Shown: positions 1 through 10,328 of the stretch, piece after piece
Layout: every line of letters begins with the position of its first letter
How positions within the stretch are numbered: the stretch's first letter is position 1
Assembly: GCA_016182085.1 (NCBI GenBank)
Contig: JACOYB010000004.1
Coordinates: 4,250-68,249, forward strand
DNA from: Candidatus Magasanikiibacteriota bacterium
GTDB taxonomy: Bacteria > Patescibacteriota > Patescibacteriia > Magasanikbacterales > GWA2-37-8
Direction of reading: 5' to 3'
Length of the DNA stretch: 64,000 bases
The notes under the pieces: generated by a model
Database searches by the model: none
Told to the model about the DNA's origin: nothing
Seen by the model: only the letters and a program-made list of their open reading frames with translations
Translations under genes and position numbers: made by a program

Positions 1-17
1 ATTGGGGATAAGCCGGC

Positions 18-47
18 TTGCCAATAATACCCCCCTGGGGTATTATT
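18..47 (+). promoter_or_regulatory. sigma70 promoter overlapped by a CsoR-type operator
   Basis: TTGCCA (18-23), 17-bp spacer, TATTAT (41-46). An 11-bp inverted repeat AATAATACCCC-cct-GGGGTATTATT (23-47) matches the TACCCC..GGGGTA CsoR operator type and lies directly upstream of csoR. Confidence 0.8.
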
Positions 48-55
48 ATATTTGT

Positions 56-328
56 ATGAAACCAATCCTAAAAAATAAACTGCTTAAACGCCTCAAAATT
101 ATTGAGGGGCAAATTCGCGGTTTGCAGGCTATGTTGGAAAATGGCACCTATTGCGTGGATGTTATTACCCAAGCCAGCGCCGTAAAAAAAGCCGTTTCCA
201 GTTTTGAGGATGCTTTGCTCGAAAGCCACTTATCTACCTGTGTGATAAATCAAATAAAATCCGGCCAGCACGCCAAAGCCGTTAATGAAGTAATGAAGGT
301 TTACAAATTGTCTAAAAAAGACAATTAA
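56..328 (+). CDS. csoR: CsoR/RcnR-family metal-sensing repressor
   Basis: RLKIIEGQIRGL..YCVDVITQ..HLSTC motifs (Cys/His/Cys copper ligands); ATG at 56; heads a copper cluster. Confidence 0.9.
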   Translation: MKPILKNKLLKRLKIIEGQIRGLQAMLENGTYCVDVITQASAVKKAVSSFEDALLESHLSTCVINQIKSGQHAKAVNEVMKVYKLSKKDN

Positions 329-342
329 GTTTTTATAGAATT

Positions 343-792
343 ATGCGTTTACAAACATTTTTAAAATTAATTTCCGGGTTAACGGCCGGCGTGATAATGG
401 CCGTAGCCCTGCTTATTTTTATTTGTCCCGGAGTTTTTATGTCTGATACCATGGTATCTAGTCCCGATATGGCCACGCCGTGTCAGAGCGATGTGGGTAT
501 GGCTGTTGGCGCCGTAGATTCCAGCGGCTGCACCAGTGTTCATTTGGCCCAGGCCCAGCGTTTTATTGGCAGCTTAGGCGGTGAAATGAGTTTGTTGTTA
601 GGAGCACTGCTTACTGTCACAGTTATTTATTTTATATCTCGGGCTGAATTTTTGAACCGGACACGCGCCGCCTTTGTCCGCTATAAATATTATTACCGGT
701 TATACTTTGCGTCCATTCGTTTACAATGCCAAAAAAAGACGATGGCTTGGCTGGCGCTGCTCAAAAATTACGAAACCGCTTCACTCGCTTAA
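343..792 (+). CDS. hypothetical membrane protein in the copper operon
   Basis: 149-aa ORF with two hydrophobic segments flanking a Met/Cys/His-containing loop. Confidence 0.6.
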   Translation: MRLQTFLKLISGLTAGVIMAVALLIFICPGVFMSDTMVSSPDMATPCQSDVGMAVGAVDSSGCTSVHLAQAQRFIGSLGGEMSLLLGALLTVTVIYFISRAEFLNRTRAAFVRYKYYYRLYFASIRLQCQKKTMAWLALLKNYETASLA

Positions 793-891
793 GTTTTTGC
801 TAGCTTGAAAGGTTGGTAGCGTATTTAGATAGCGAAACTATATGGTGGAGTGATTTTTAATTTTATTTTTCTCTTAAAATTAGTTTATTAT

Positions 892-2214
892 ATGAACAAA
901 AAAACAATTCCTATTCGCGGCATGCACTGCGCTTCTTGCGAAATACTTGTGGGCGATGAATTAAAAAAAATCGCCGGGCTTAGCAGTGTTTATGTCAGCC
1001 AAAAAAGGGCTTTGGCGATAGTGAAATACCCGGAGGCAGCCCAGATAAATGATAATGATATTATTAAAGCCGTTCAAGAAGCCGGCTACGAAGTCGGACA
1101 GAAGGAAAAATTACCATGGATTTCTCGCAACGCCGCCGATTACAAAGATTTGGCGCGCGCTGCCGGAATTTTTTTGGTAATTTATTTGCTGGTCAGATGG
1201 TTTAATTTGTTTGATTTGGGTTTTAACACTCAAAGTTCCGGCGTAGCCGTGGCGCTGCTAGTCGGGCTGGTGGCCGGGGTATCAACTTGTATGGCGTTAA
1301 TTGGCGGTTTGGTGCTCAGTCTGTCGGCGCGGCATGCCGAACAGCACCCGGAAGCCACAACCTTGCAAAAATTTCGTCCGCATATCTATTTTAACATTGG
1401 TCGAATCTTAGGGTTTGCTGTTTTGGGCGGTTTAATCGGTCTTATCGGTCAAGCCTTCAAACCATCCAACAACTTGCTTGGACTTCTAACCGTGCTAATT
1501 GGCGGGGTAATGATATTCTTTGGTTTGAAGTTGATAGAAATTTTTCCGGCCTTACGCGACAAAAGCATCACTTTGCCATCGGGTATTGCCCGGTTTTTTG
1601 GATTAAAGAAAGAAGTAAAAGAATATAGCCACAAGGGCGCAATGGTAATGGGAGGGCTGACATTTTTCTTGCCTTGCGGTTTTACTCAAGCGATGCAGCT
1701 CTATGCGGTCTCTACCGGCAGTTTTTGGCAAGGCGCCGCAATTATGGGGCTGTTTGCTGTTGGCACCGCGCCCGGACTTCTTGGTATTGGTGGATTAACC
1801 TCGGTATTTAAAGGACGCAAGGCGCGCATATTTTTTATGACCGCCGGACTGACGGTAATTCTTTTGGGCTGGGTAAATATTGCCAATGGCAGCCGGCTAT
1901 TTGGCGCTCGCGTTGACAGTAAATCAGTTCCTGTAGTTACAGATCAAAACGCGCAAGAAGTGCGGATGACTCAAGGACGCACCGGTTACTCCCCAAATAT
2001 ATTTACCGTTAAAAAAGGCCAGCCGGTGAAATGGATAGTAAAATCAGAGACTTCTTTGTCCTGTGCGGCATATTTGGTAATGCCCAAATACGGCATCAGT
2101 AAAGCGCTTCAATCGGGAGAAAATATTATTAATTTTACACCCACCCAAGTTGGCGAAATTCCGTTCTCTTGTTCCATGGGGATGTATCGCGGAAAGTTTG
2201 TTGTGGTTGAATAA
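892..2214 (+). CDS. HMA domain + DsbD-like/TauE-SafE membrane domain + cupredoxin domain protein
   Basis: N-terminal GMHCASC, membrane STC..GG and LPCG motifs, C-terminal FSCSMGMY; start moved to ATG 892. Confidence 0.85.
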   Translation: MNKKTIPIRGMHCASCEILVGDELKKIAGLSSVYVSQKRALAIVKYPEAAQINDNDIIKAVQEAGYEVGQKEKLPWISRNAADYKDLARAAGIFLVIYLLVRWFNLFDLGFNTQSSGVAVALLVGLVAGVSTCMALIGGLVLSLSARHAEQHPEATTLQKFRPHIYFNIGRILGFAVLGGLIGLIGQAFKPSNNLLGLLTVLIGGVMIFFGLKLIEIFPALRDKSITLPSGIARFFGLKKEVKEYSHKGAMVMGGLTFFLPCGFTQAMQLYAVSTGSFWQGAAIMGLFAVGTAPGLLGIGGLTSVFKGRKARIFFMTAGLTVILLGWVNIANGSRLFGARVDSKSVPVVTDQNAQEVRMTQGRTGYSPNIFTVKKGQPVKWIVKSETSLSCAAYLVMPKYGISKALQSGENIINFTPTQVGEIPFSCSMGMYRGKFVVVE

Positions 2215-2228
2215 TTAGAAATGATTAT

Positions 2229-2441
2229 ATGCCAAACCAAAAATTTGTTATTACTAATTTAACTTGCGCGGCTTGCGTAAAATTGTCCACCCTGGCGCTT
2301 AAAAAAATTCCGGGTGTAAGCGCAGCGGCAGTTGATCTTGCTACCGGCGCTGCCGAAATTACCGGCGACCGCGATGTGGCGTGGAAAGAAATTGAAGGAG
2401 CGCTTAAGAGCGTGGATAAAACCGCGGCTCAAATTACTTAA
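2229..2441 (+). CDS. copZ: CopZ-like heavy-metal chaperone
   Basis: 70 aa, LTCAAC HMA motif. Confidence 0.8.
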   Translation: MPNQKFVITNLTCAACVKLSTLALKKIPGVSAAAVDLATGAAEITGDRDVAWKEIEGALKSVDKTAAQIT

Positions 2442-2451
2442 TTTTAATTGT

Positions 2452-5214
2452 ATGGATAAAATCTTACTCAAAATTACAGGCATGCACTGTGAGTCGTGCG
2501 AAAAAATAATCGGCATGGAGCTGTCGGAAATAGCCGGCGTCAGTAATGTTAAAATAAATTTTGCGGCCGGGTCCGGAGAATTAGAAGCCTCCACCGAAGT
2601 ATCAAATGAAGCGATTGTTCAGGCGATTGTGAAGGCCGGGAATCAGGGAGAGGTGGTAAGTCGTATTAAAGAGCAAACTTCCTCTGTTCCAAATACATTT
2701 GAGAAAAATATCGTTTCCGGCAATCAACCATTTAAAGTAAAGATTGAAGTGACTGTAGAACCGGAAGGCGCTGTTGTTGGGAGCTCGTCCGCATATATCC
2801 CTCGGCCTGCGACAGAAAAAATTTCTAATCAAACAGCCCCAGGTTCTGCCGTAAAAGAGAAAAAAGAAGAACAAGTGCAACTAGCTCTTACCGGCATGCA
2901 TTGCGCGTCGTGCGCGGGTTTGATTGAACGAGGCTTAAAAAAAGTGGCGGGTGTAAAGAGTGCTAATGTTAATTTTGCGGTTGAAAAAGCGCGGGTGGTG
3001 TTTGATAATTCAGTCGCATCGGTAGAGCAGCTTATTGGGGCGGTAGAAAAATCCGGTTACAAAGCGCGGCTGGCCGGCACCGGCAATCCCGAGGAAGAAA
3101 GATTGCAGCGAGAAAATGTTATCAAAAGATACTGGCAAAAGTTTTTCTGGGGGCTTATCCTTAGTTTGCCGATGCTGTATTTCATGCTTCTGGATTTCTT
3201 TTCGTTTCTACCCAGCAGAACATTTCTTTTGCCGTATATTGGTATCGTATCGCTTATTCTTACCATTCCCGTACAATTTATTATCGGCGCGGGATTTTAT
3301 AAAGGAATGTGGAGCAGTCTGCGAATGAAAACGTTTAACATGGATAGTTTGATTGCTATCGGTACAAGCACCGCGTTTTTCTACAGCTTGGCGCAATTTA
3401 TTAACTATGTTGCGCGTACCGGCAGCGTGGTTGGTTTAAATGGCGCGAAAATTCCCGAATTATATTTTGAAACCGCCGCTTTTTTGATTACTTTTGTTAT
3501 TCTGGGCAAGTGGCTGGAAGCAAAAACAAAAGGGCGAACATCAGATGCTATAAAAAAATTGATGGGGCTTCAGGCTAAAACCGCGCGCGTGATGAAAAAT
3601 GGCGTGGCTTTGGATGTACCCATTGAACAGGTTGTGGCCGGCGATACAATTGTCGTCCGCCCGGGTGAAAAAATTCCGGTAGATGGCGCGGTAAGCAAGG
3701 GGCAGTCCAGCGTGGATGAATCTATGATTACGGGTGAAAGTATTCCGGTGGAAAAAAATATTGGTGACATGGTGATTGGTGCGACTATAAATAAACATGG
3801 CAGCTTTGAATTTACGGCCACCAAAGTGGGAAGCGAAACTATGCTGGCGCAAATTATTCGGGTGGTTGAAGAAGCGCAAGGATCTAAAGCGCCGATTCAA
3901 GCGTTTGCCGATAAAATTTCCGCCTACTTTGTGCCAATTGTTATTGGTTTAGCGGTGCTTACATTTTTGGTTTGGTATTTTGCTCTTGGCGCCAGCCTTA
4001 CTTTCGCGTTAATGGCTTTTACTTCGGTTATCGTTATTGCTTGTCCTTGCGCTTTGGGACTAGCCACGCCAACAGCCATTATGGTTGGTACGGGCAAGGG
4101 CGCCGAACATGGCATTCTTATCAAAGGCGGTGAGCCGCTGGAAGCCGCCTGCAAAATTAAAGCCGTAGTATTTGATAAAACAGGCACACTCACCAAAGGT
4201 CAGCCGGAAGTTACTGATGTGGTAAGCGCCGGTCTGTCTGATGAAGAAGAAATAATTCGTATCACCGCCAGTCTGGAAAAACTTTCCGAGCATCCGCTCG
4301 CGGACGCGATTGTTAAATATGCTGAAGAAGAATCCGTGCCGCTTAGCGAGGTGGCCGGTTTTCGCGCTATTCCCGGTCATGGTGTTGAGGGTGTATTAAA
4401 TAGCGTTAAATATTATTTTGGTAACCGTAAATTAGTGACGGATGTGGTTGGTATTTCCACAGTTGTTCTGGAAAAAGTGGAGCGTAAAATTCGCAAACTA
4501 GAAGAGAGCGGCAAGACGGTAATGATTTTGGCTTCAACCCAAGAAATTTTGGGATTGGTAGCGGTGGCCGATACGATAAAAGAAACAACCGTAGATGCGG
4601 TGCGCGCCTTACAAGAACAACACATCGAAGTCTTTATGATTACCGGCGATAATCGCCGCACAGCCGAAGCCATTGCTCGCCAGGCCGGAATAAAAAATGT
4701 CTTGGCGGAAGTATTGCCGGAAGACAAAGCTAATGAAGTCAAAAAATTACAGGGAACAGGTATTAAAGTGGCGATGGTGGGCGATGGAATCAACGACGCG
4801 CCCGCGCTGGCGCAAGCGGATTTGGGTATTGCCATGGGAAGCGGCACAGATGTGGCTATGGAAACGGGCGGAATTGTTATTATTAAAAATGATCTGCGTG
4901 ATGTACTTACGGCTATTAAACTGAGCCGTGAAACTATGAATAAAATTAAACAGAACATGTTTTTTGCCTTGTTCTATAATGTTATTGGTATTCCTATTGC
5001 CGCGCGCGTGTTTGTCGGTATTGGCATAGTGTTAAAACCGGAGTTGGCGGGTTTGGCCATGGCGCTTAGTTCAATATCGGTAGTCTCCAATTCTTTATTC
5101 TTGCGCGGATTCAAACCGGGCAAGCGTAACTGGCTGTCTATGGCCGCGCCGATAGTGATGGGATTACTATTTACCGCCATATTCTTTGTCTTTGCCCGGC
5201 TTAGCCGAATGTAG
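2452..5214 (+). CDS. copA: Cu(I)-exporting P1B-type ATPase
   Basis: Two GMHCxSC domains, [24 protein letters not shown] and MALSS; start moved to ATG 2452. Confidence 0.95.
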   Translation: MDKILLKITGMHCESCEKIIGMELSEIAGVSNVKINFAAGSGELEASTEVSNEAIVQAIVKAGNQGEVVSRIKEQTSSVPNTFEKNIVSGNQPFKVKIEVTVEPEGAVVGSSSAYIPRPATEKISNQTAPGSAVKEKKEEQVQLALTGMHCASCAGLIERGLKKVAGVKSANVNFAVEKARVVFDNSVASVEQLIGAVEKSGYKARLAGTGNPEEERLQRENVIKRYWQKFFWGLILSLPMLYFMLLDFFSFLPSRTFLLPYIGIVSLILTIPVQFIIGAGFYKGMWSSLRMKTFNMDSLIAIGTSTAFFYSLAQFINYVARTGSVVGLNGAKIPELYFETAAFLITFVILGKWLEAKTKGRTSDAIKKLMGLQAKTARVMKNGVALDVPIEQVVAGDTIVVRPGEKIPVDGAVSKGQSSVDESMITGESIPVEKNIGDMVIGATINKHGSFEFTATKVGSETMLAQIIRVVEEAQGSKAPIQAFADKISAYFVPIVIGLAVLTFLVWYFALGASLTFALMAFTSVIVIACPCALGLATPTAIMVGTGKGAEHGILIKGGEPLEAACKIKAVVFDKTGTLTKGQPEVTDVVSAGLSDEEEIIRITASLEKLSEHPLADAIVKYAEEESVPLSEVAGFRAIPGHGVEGVLNSVKYYFGNRKLVTDVVGISTVVLEKVERKIRKLEESGKTVMILASTQEILGLVAVADTIKETTVDAVRALQEQHIEVFMITGDNRRTAEAIARQAGIKNVLAEVLPEDKANEVKKLQGTGIKVAMVGDGINDAPALAQADLGIAMGSGTDVAMETGGIVIIKNDLRDVLTAIKLSRETMNKIKQNMFFALFYNVIGIPIAARVFVGIGIVLKPELAGLAMALSSISVVSNSLFLRGFKPGKRNWLSMAAPIVMGLLFTAIFFVFARLSRM

Positions 5215-5277
5215 AATAATCGGAGTAGTGATACAATGTATACTAAGAAGTGTCTATAAAAGAAAGGATCTGGAAAT

Positions 5278-6390
5278 ATGAAAAAAGAAAAACAAATCAT
5301 TGAATCTTTGTTGGCCGGTACGGGAATTAAGATAAACGGAAACAATCCCTATGACCTGCAAGTACACAATGAAAATTTTTATGGCCGCTTATTGCGGTAT
5401 GGCTCATTAGGGCTCGGCGAGTCCTATATGGATGGCTGGTGGGATTGCGCCAGTCTTGATCAGTTTTTTCATAAAGTTCTGGAAGCTGATCTACACAGCC
5501 GAGTGAAAAACGATCTTGGCATCGCTCTAAAGATTGCTTTAAATTTTGTGTTGAATGTTGGCAGAAAGTCAAAAGCCTTTAAGAATGGAAGGCATTATGA
5601 TGCTGGCAATGATTTATATCGCGCGATGCTTGATAAGCGTTTAGCCTATACCTGCGGATATTGGAAAGATGCCGTTAATCTTGATGATGCGCAAGAAGCA
5701 AAACTTGATTTGGTCTGCAGAAAGATGGGCCTAAAACCCGGGCAAAAAATATTAGATATCGGTTCGGGCTGGGGGAGTTTTATGGGGTATGCGGCCGAAA
5801 AATACGGAGTAAATGCCGTTGGAGTTACTGTCTCAAAAGAACAAAAGGCGCTTGCGGATACTCTTTATAAAAATCTCCCCGTAGAAACGCGGCTGCAAGA
5901 TTATCGCGATATCAATGAAAAGTTTGACCAGGTAGTATCTTTAGGGATGTTTGAACATGTTGGATATAAGAATTATCGTACCTTTATGAAGGTCGCGCAT
6001 AGCTCTCTTAAAGACAACGGTTTATTTTTGTTGCACACTATCGGCGGCAATCATTCGGCGCGCATTACGGAGCCATGGATTGAAAAATATATTTTCCCCA
6101 ACTCCATGCTTCCCTCAATCAAGCAGATTGGCAAAGCTATTGAAGACCTATTTGTGATGGAAGATTGGCATAATTTTGGGGTTGATTATGACAAGACACT
6201 AATGGCTTGGTATAAGAATTTTGAAGATAATTGGGATAAAATAAAATCAAATTATGATGAAAGGTTTTATCGGATGTGGAAGTATTATCTTTTAGTCTCC
6301 GCCGGAAGCTTCCGAGCCAGAACAAATCAATTATGGCAGATTGTCTTGTCTAAAAAAGGGGTTCCTGGGGGGTATATATCAGTTAGGTAA
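5278..6390 (+). CDS. cfa: cyclopropane-fatty-acyl-phospholipid synthase
   Basis: LGLGESYMDGWW, HYD.GNDL, YTCGYW, AQEAKL, LDIGSGWG, GMFEHVG. Confidence 0.92.
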   Translation: MKKEKQIIESLLAGTGIKINGNNPYDLQVHNENFYGRLLRYGSLGLGESYMDGWWDCASLDQFFHKVLEADLHSRVKNDLGIALKIALNFVLNVGRKSKAFKNGRHYDAGNDLYRAMLDKRLAYTCGYWKDAVNLDDAQEAKLDLVCRKMGLKPGQKILDIGSGWGSFMGYAAEKYGVNAVGVTVSKEQKALADTLYKNLPVETRLQDYRDINEKFDQVVSLGMFEHVGYKNYRTFMKVAHSSLKDNGLFLLHTIGGNHSARITEPWIEKYIFPNSMLPSIKQIGKAIEDLFVMEDWHNFGVDYDKTLMAWYKNFEDNWDKIKSNYDERFYRMWKYYLLVSAGSFRARTNQLWQIVLSKKGVPGGYISVR

Positions 6391-6440
6391 ATGGTAAAGA
6401 TAAAAAGATTGTAAATAATTTATAGAGTATTTATTATTTT

Positions 6441-8507
6441 ATGCCAGAAAACCTTCACGGAGAGCATGCCGGCCACGATATGCAAAAGATGAGCCATATG
6501 GATCACGAAGCGGCCATGACCAATCCGCAAATGGCCAAGCAGATGGAAGCGGATATGCGCCGCCGCTTCTGGGTTTCTTTGTTTCTTTCTGTGCCGATTT
6601 TTTTGTACTCACCGGTCGGCGTTAATATATTTAAATTTAATTTGCCAACACCACTTCCCGTAAATTGGCTGCTTTTTATTCTCACTACCCCGATAGTTTT
6701 TTGGACAGGTTCTATTTTTATCACTGGTACATACTATTCTCTTAAAAGTAGAAAACTCAACATGTCGGTGCTTATTGCCACCGGCGTATTGGCCGCGTAT
6801 TTATTTAGCGTTCTGCTTACTTTTACTATTGGCGGCGAAACATTCTACGAAGCCGCGGCGCTACTGGTAACATTTGTATTATTTGGCCATTGGATGGAGA
6901 TGAAATCACGGCGCGGTACGTCTGATGCGTTGCGAGCCTTGTTTGATTTGGTGCCGCCAAAAGCCAATGTTGTTCGCGGAGGCAAAGAAATAAACATCAC
7001 CAGCGCGGAAATAGTCCAGGGCGACATTGTCGTGCTTCGGCCCGGCGACAAAGTGCCGGTGGATGGTGAAATCACCGAAGGCGAAACTTCTATTGATGAA
7101 TCACTTATTACCGGAGAATCTATTCCAGTTACTAAAACTATCGGAGCAAAAGTGGTGGGTGGATCGGTGAATCTTACCGGTATCGCGCAATTTAAAGCTA
7201 CAAAGGTTGGGTCGGAAACGGTGTTGGCCCAGATTATAAAAATGGTAGAGACTGCGCAGAACTCCAAAGCTCCCGGTCAGCGCATAGCCGACAAAGCCGC
7301 CGGCTGGCTAGTTATTCTTGCTATTGGCTCGGGGCTGGCTGCGTTTTTTGGCTGGTATGTTGGCGCAGGCGTGGGTCTTTTGGCCGCTCTCACTTTTGCA
7401 GTATCAACTGTGGTGATTGCCTGTCCGGATGCTTTGGGGCTCGCCACCCCGACAGCGGTCGCTGTGGGAACCGGCATTGGCGCAAAATATAATATTTTAA
7501 TAAAAGATGCCGCTACTTTGGAAAATACATCTCGGCTAACAGCCATTGTTTTGGATAAAACCGGCACTCTTACAGAAGGAAAACCAAAAGTCACCGAGGT
7601 TGTTGTGCGATCGGGATACGATCACCACGAAGTTTTATCGCTTGCTGCCTCGGCAGAGCGAGGTTCAAATCATCCTATTAGCGCCGCTATTTTAGAAGAA
7701 GCAAAAAAGAATGGGTTGGATGCAAACGAAAAGGTAGAAAAATTTGAATCAATTGGCGGCCATGGCGTAAGGGCTGTTATAAATGGCAAAGTTATTATTG
7801 CCGGCACGGAGCGGCTTATGCAACAAAATAATATTGATCTTTCTCCGATCAAAAAAGAAATTGACCGTTTGCTTAGTACCGGTAATACCATTAGTATTGT
7901 TGCTATTGATGGGCAAGTGGCGGGTGCTATCGGGGTGGCGGACACTCTTAGGCCTTCGGCGAAAAAAACTATCTCGGCGCTCCAGTCGCTTGGGCTGGAA
8001 GTGGCGATGATTACCGGCGATCATGAACAGGTGGCAAAAGCGGTATCAGATGAACTTGGCATAAATCGCTATTTCGCACAGGTGTTGCCGGAAGACAAGG
8101 CAAAATATGTAAAAAAACTTCAGGATGAAGGCAAATTTGTGGCAATGGTCGGAGATGGAATCAATGACGCTCCGGCACTCGCGCAGTCAAATATCGGCAT
8201 TGCCATCGGCGCCGGTACGGATGTGGCGATTGAAACAGGTAATATCGTGCTTATGAAATCAGATCCGTATGATATTGTGGCCGCCCTTCGTTTGAGCAAG
8301 GCAACGGTAGTAAAAATGAAACAGAATTTATTTTGGGCGGCGATATACAACGTGCTGGCCATTCCGGTTGCGGCCGGCGTGTTTTATAACTCATTAGGTT
8401 GGTCGTTGCGTCCGGAAATCTCCGCGCTTTTAATGTCAGCATCGTCTATTATTGTCGCCACTAACGCCGTGTTGTTGAAGCGAGTTGAATCCAAATTAAA
8501 AATTTAA
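6441..8507 (+). CDS. second copper P1B-type ATPase with His/Met-rich N-terminus and CPD motif
   Basis: HGEHAGHDMQKMSHMDH N-terminus, [29 protein letters not shown]. Confidence 0.9.
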   Translation: MPENLHGEHAGHDMQKMSHMDHEAAMTNPQMAKQMEADMRRRFWVSLFLSVPIFLYSPVGVNIFKFNLPTPLPVNWLLFILTTPIVFWTGSIFITGTYYSLKSRKLNMSVLIATGVLAAYLFSVLLTFTIGGETFYEAAALLVTFVLFGHWMEMKSRRGTSDALRALFDLVPPKANVVRGGKEINITSAEIVQGDIVVLRPGDKVPVDGEITEGETSIDESLITGESIPVTKTIGAKVVGGSVNLTGIAQFKATKVGSETVLAQIIKMVETAQNSKAPGQRIADKAAGWLVILAIGSGLAAFFGWYVGAGVGLLAALTFAVSTVVIACPDALGLATPTAVAVGTGIGAKYNILIKDAATLENTSRLTAIVLDKTGTLTEGKPKVTEVVVRSGYDHHEVLSLAASAERGSNHPISAAILEEAKKNGLDANEKVEKFESIGGHGVRAVINGKVIIAGTERLMQQNNIDLSPIKKEIDRLLSTGNTISIVAIDGQVAGAIGVADTLRPSAKKTISALQSLGLEVAMITGDHEQVAKAVSDELGINRYFAQVLPEDKAKYVKKLQDEGKFVAMVGDGINDAPALAQSNIGIAIGAGTDVAIETGNIVLMKSDPYDIVAALRLSKATVVKMKQNLFWAAIYNVLAIPVAAGVFYNSLGWSLRPEISALLMSASSIIVATNAVLLKRVESKLKI

Positions 8508-8536
8508 ATAATTTATAAAGGCCATTTTAGTAAATT

Positions 8537-8571
8537 AAAAAATAATCACGATTAAGCCGTGATTGTTTTTT
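8537..8571 (+). terminator. intrinsic terminator of the copper cluster
   Basis: AATCACG-attaagc-CGTGATT hairpin followed by a T-run. Confidence 0.7.
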
Positions 8572-8624
8572 AATCCACCTGCAGTCGCTCTACCACCGGT
8601 TGTGAAGGGGTTGAACATTGGCGG

Positions 8625-8653
8625 TTGACAAAAACCGGATTTTATACTATTAT
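8625..8653 (+). promoter_or_regulatory. sigma70 promoter
   Basis: TTGACA, 17 bp, TATTAT upstream of the 8817 ORF. Confidence 0.65.
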
Positions 8654-8700
8654 ACTTTGTTCTTTAATAATTTTTTCCAACTTTCTTTTGGCTAATCATT

Positions 8701-8727
8701 GTCATTCCCGCCATAGCGGGAATCCAG
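8701..8727 (+). repeat. half copy of the GTCATTCCCG..GGGAATCCAG palindromic element
   Basis: GTCATTCCCGCCATAGCGGGAATCCAG, same left arm as the copies at 18116, 27724 and 31963; no right arm. Confidence 0.8.
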
Positions 8728-8816
8728 TGGGCCGGAAGAAGGCTGGAAAAAATCAGCGCTTCCTCTTTGCCACGTCGGCGAGGAGTGAGCTTTCTCAAAA
8801 GAGGAGGCAAAGGACA

Positions 8817-9305
8817 ATGGTAATGGCAATCGACTTCTTGCTTTCGGCCGCCCACCTCAAGCGTGAACTTGGCGAGGAGCTGTTCGAGGCTTTGGTCAGC
8901 TCGAACAACACTGCGGCAGTTCGCAAATTCGCGGAGGAGCTCGTCAAGTTGGGACCCCCCACTGAGATGACCCTCGGCGATCGCGCCTACGACATTCTCG
9001 GCATCCTCAAGGGAGACGAGAAGTCGGTCATCGGCCATACGATGGTCAGCCGCGCCAAGGAGCAGAACGCCCACAACGGGAAGGAAGAGCGAGAGCACGT
9101 CCTAAAGTATCAGGACCAGATTCCCGCCGCCCTCCGCGGCAAGGTCGTCCTCGTCTTCACCGACGACAGGCACCCCGACGACCCCGAGGGCGTCTACTGC
9201 GTTGGCTGGGACGGCAAGCGCTGGGTCAAGGACTGGCGCTGGCTCGACTTTGACGACTGGCGCGGCCGCTATCGGGTTCTCCGTCGCAAGTCCCCGCAGC
9301 CCTAG
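8817..9305 (+). CDS. orphan GC-rich protein, candidate DGR variable protein
   Basis: AGGAGG upstream of ATG 8817, codon usage visibly GC-richer than neighbours, Trp-spaced C-terminus ending RVLRRK. Confidence 0.7.
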   Translation: MVMAIDFLLSAAHLKRELGEELFEALVSSNNTAAVRKFAEELVKLGPPTEMTLGDRAYDILGILKGDEKSVIGHTMVSRAKEQNAHNGKEEREHVLKYQDQIPAALRGKVVLVFTDDRHPDDPEGVYCVGWDGKRWVKDWRWLDFDDWRGRYRVLRRKSPQP

Positions 9306-9387
9306 AATTCTTAGTCGCTCAGAACTTTCGGGTTCTGTGCTCACTTGATCCCTTCGGCTCGCCTGCCGTCAGGCAGGCTCGCAAAAA

Positions 9388-9426
9388 TGCCCACCCTGGG
9401 AAACTAGGGTGGGCAAATTATTTTTT
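9388..9426 (+). terminator. intrinsic terminator
   Basis: TGCCCACCCT-gggaaact-AGGGTGGGCA followed by an AT/T-run. Confidence 0.7.
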
Positions 9427-9525
9427 AGGGTATCCTATGGCAAATCAACAGGTCGGCTTATTGATTTAATCGCCCGTTTCGTATATATTAGCTAAAGTTC
9501 ATATATATAAATTAAGCTAAACTCT

Positions 9526-10326
9526 GTGTTTTTAGATATTATTAAAGCAATTGTCTTGGGTTTGGTAGAGGGCATTACCGAGTTTTTGCCTATCTCTTCT
9601 ACCGGCCATCTTATTATATTAAACAATTGGTTGAGTTTTAGCCCGGATCTAACGGTAATGTTTGATATAGTGATTCAGTTCGGAGCTATTTTGGCGGTAG
9701 TGGTTGTGTTTTGGAAACGATTATGGCCGTTTGGCAAAGACCAGATTGAGAGGCTTGGGATTTTTAATCTTTGGCGCAAAACCATAGTGGGAGTATTACC
9801 GGCCATTGTTTTGGGCGCGGCGCTAGGCAGTATAATTGAAGAAAAACTATTTAATCCGTTGGTAGTGGCCGCGGCTTTGGTGGCGGGCGGTATTATTTTA
9901 ATTTTAGTGGAAAGAAGACAGGTTACCGCTAATATATTATCTGCCAAAGATATTTCTTATCGCACCGCTTTTTTAATCGGTCTATTTCAATCTTTGGCCA
10001 TGATTCCGGGCACTTCGCGGGCCGCGGCCACAATTATTGGCGCCATGCTTTTGGGGGCAACGCGAGTAGTGGCGGTAGAATTTTCTTTTTTCCTAGCTAT
10101 TCCTACCATGCTAGCCGCTTCGGCATACAGTTTACTCAAATATGATTTAGTAATTAGTGTAAATGATTTTATAATTTTAGGTATTGGTTTTGTCACAGCA
10201 TTTTTTACCGCCTTGGCAGTAATTAAATTTTTATTAAATTATATCCAAAATAATAATTTTAAGGTTTTTGGATATTATCGCATTGGGTTGGGTATTTTGG
10301 TGTTACTATTGTTTATAATATTATAA
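9526..10326 (+). CDS. uppP: undecaprenyl-diphosphate phosphatase
   Basis: GITEFLPISSTGH and PGTSR motifs. Confidence 0.95.
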   Translation: MFLDIIKAIVLGLVEGITEFLPISSTGHLIILNNWLSFSPDLTVMFDIVIQFGAILAVVVVFWKRLWPFGKDQIERLGIFNLWRKTIVGVLPAIVLGAALGSIIEEKLFNPLVVAAALVAGGIILILVERRQVTANILSAKDISYRTAFLIGLFQSLAMIPGTSRAAATIIGAMLLGATRVVAVEFSFFLAIPTMLAASAYSLLKYDLVISVNDFIILGIGFVTAFFTALAVIKFLLNYIQNNNFKVFGYYRIGLGILVLLLFIIL

Positions 10327-10328
10327 TT

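Noticed and set aside
8575-8620. tRNA-like words (TGGTAGAGCG, GTTCAA) on the minus strand
   Set aside because: The arms are in the wrong order and no cloverleaf forms.
8625-8816. N-terminal 64 aa of the 8625 ORF
   Set aside because: It overlaps a promoter and a repeat; the RBS supports ATG 8817.
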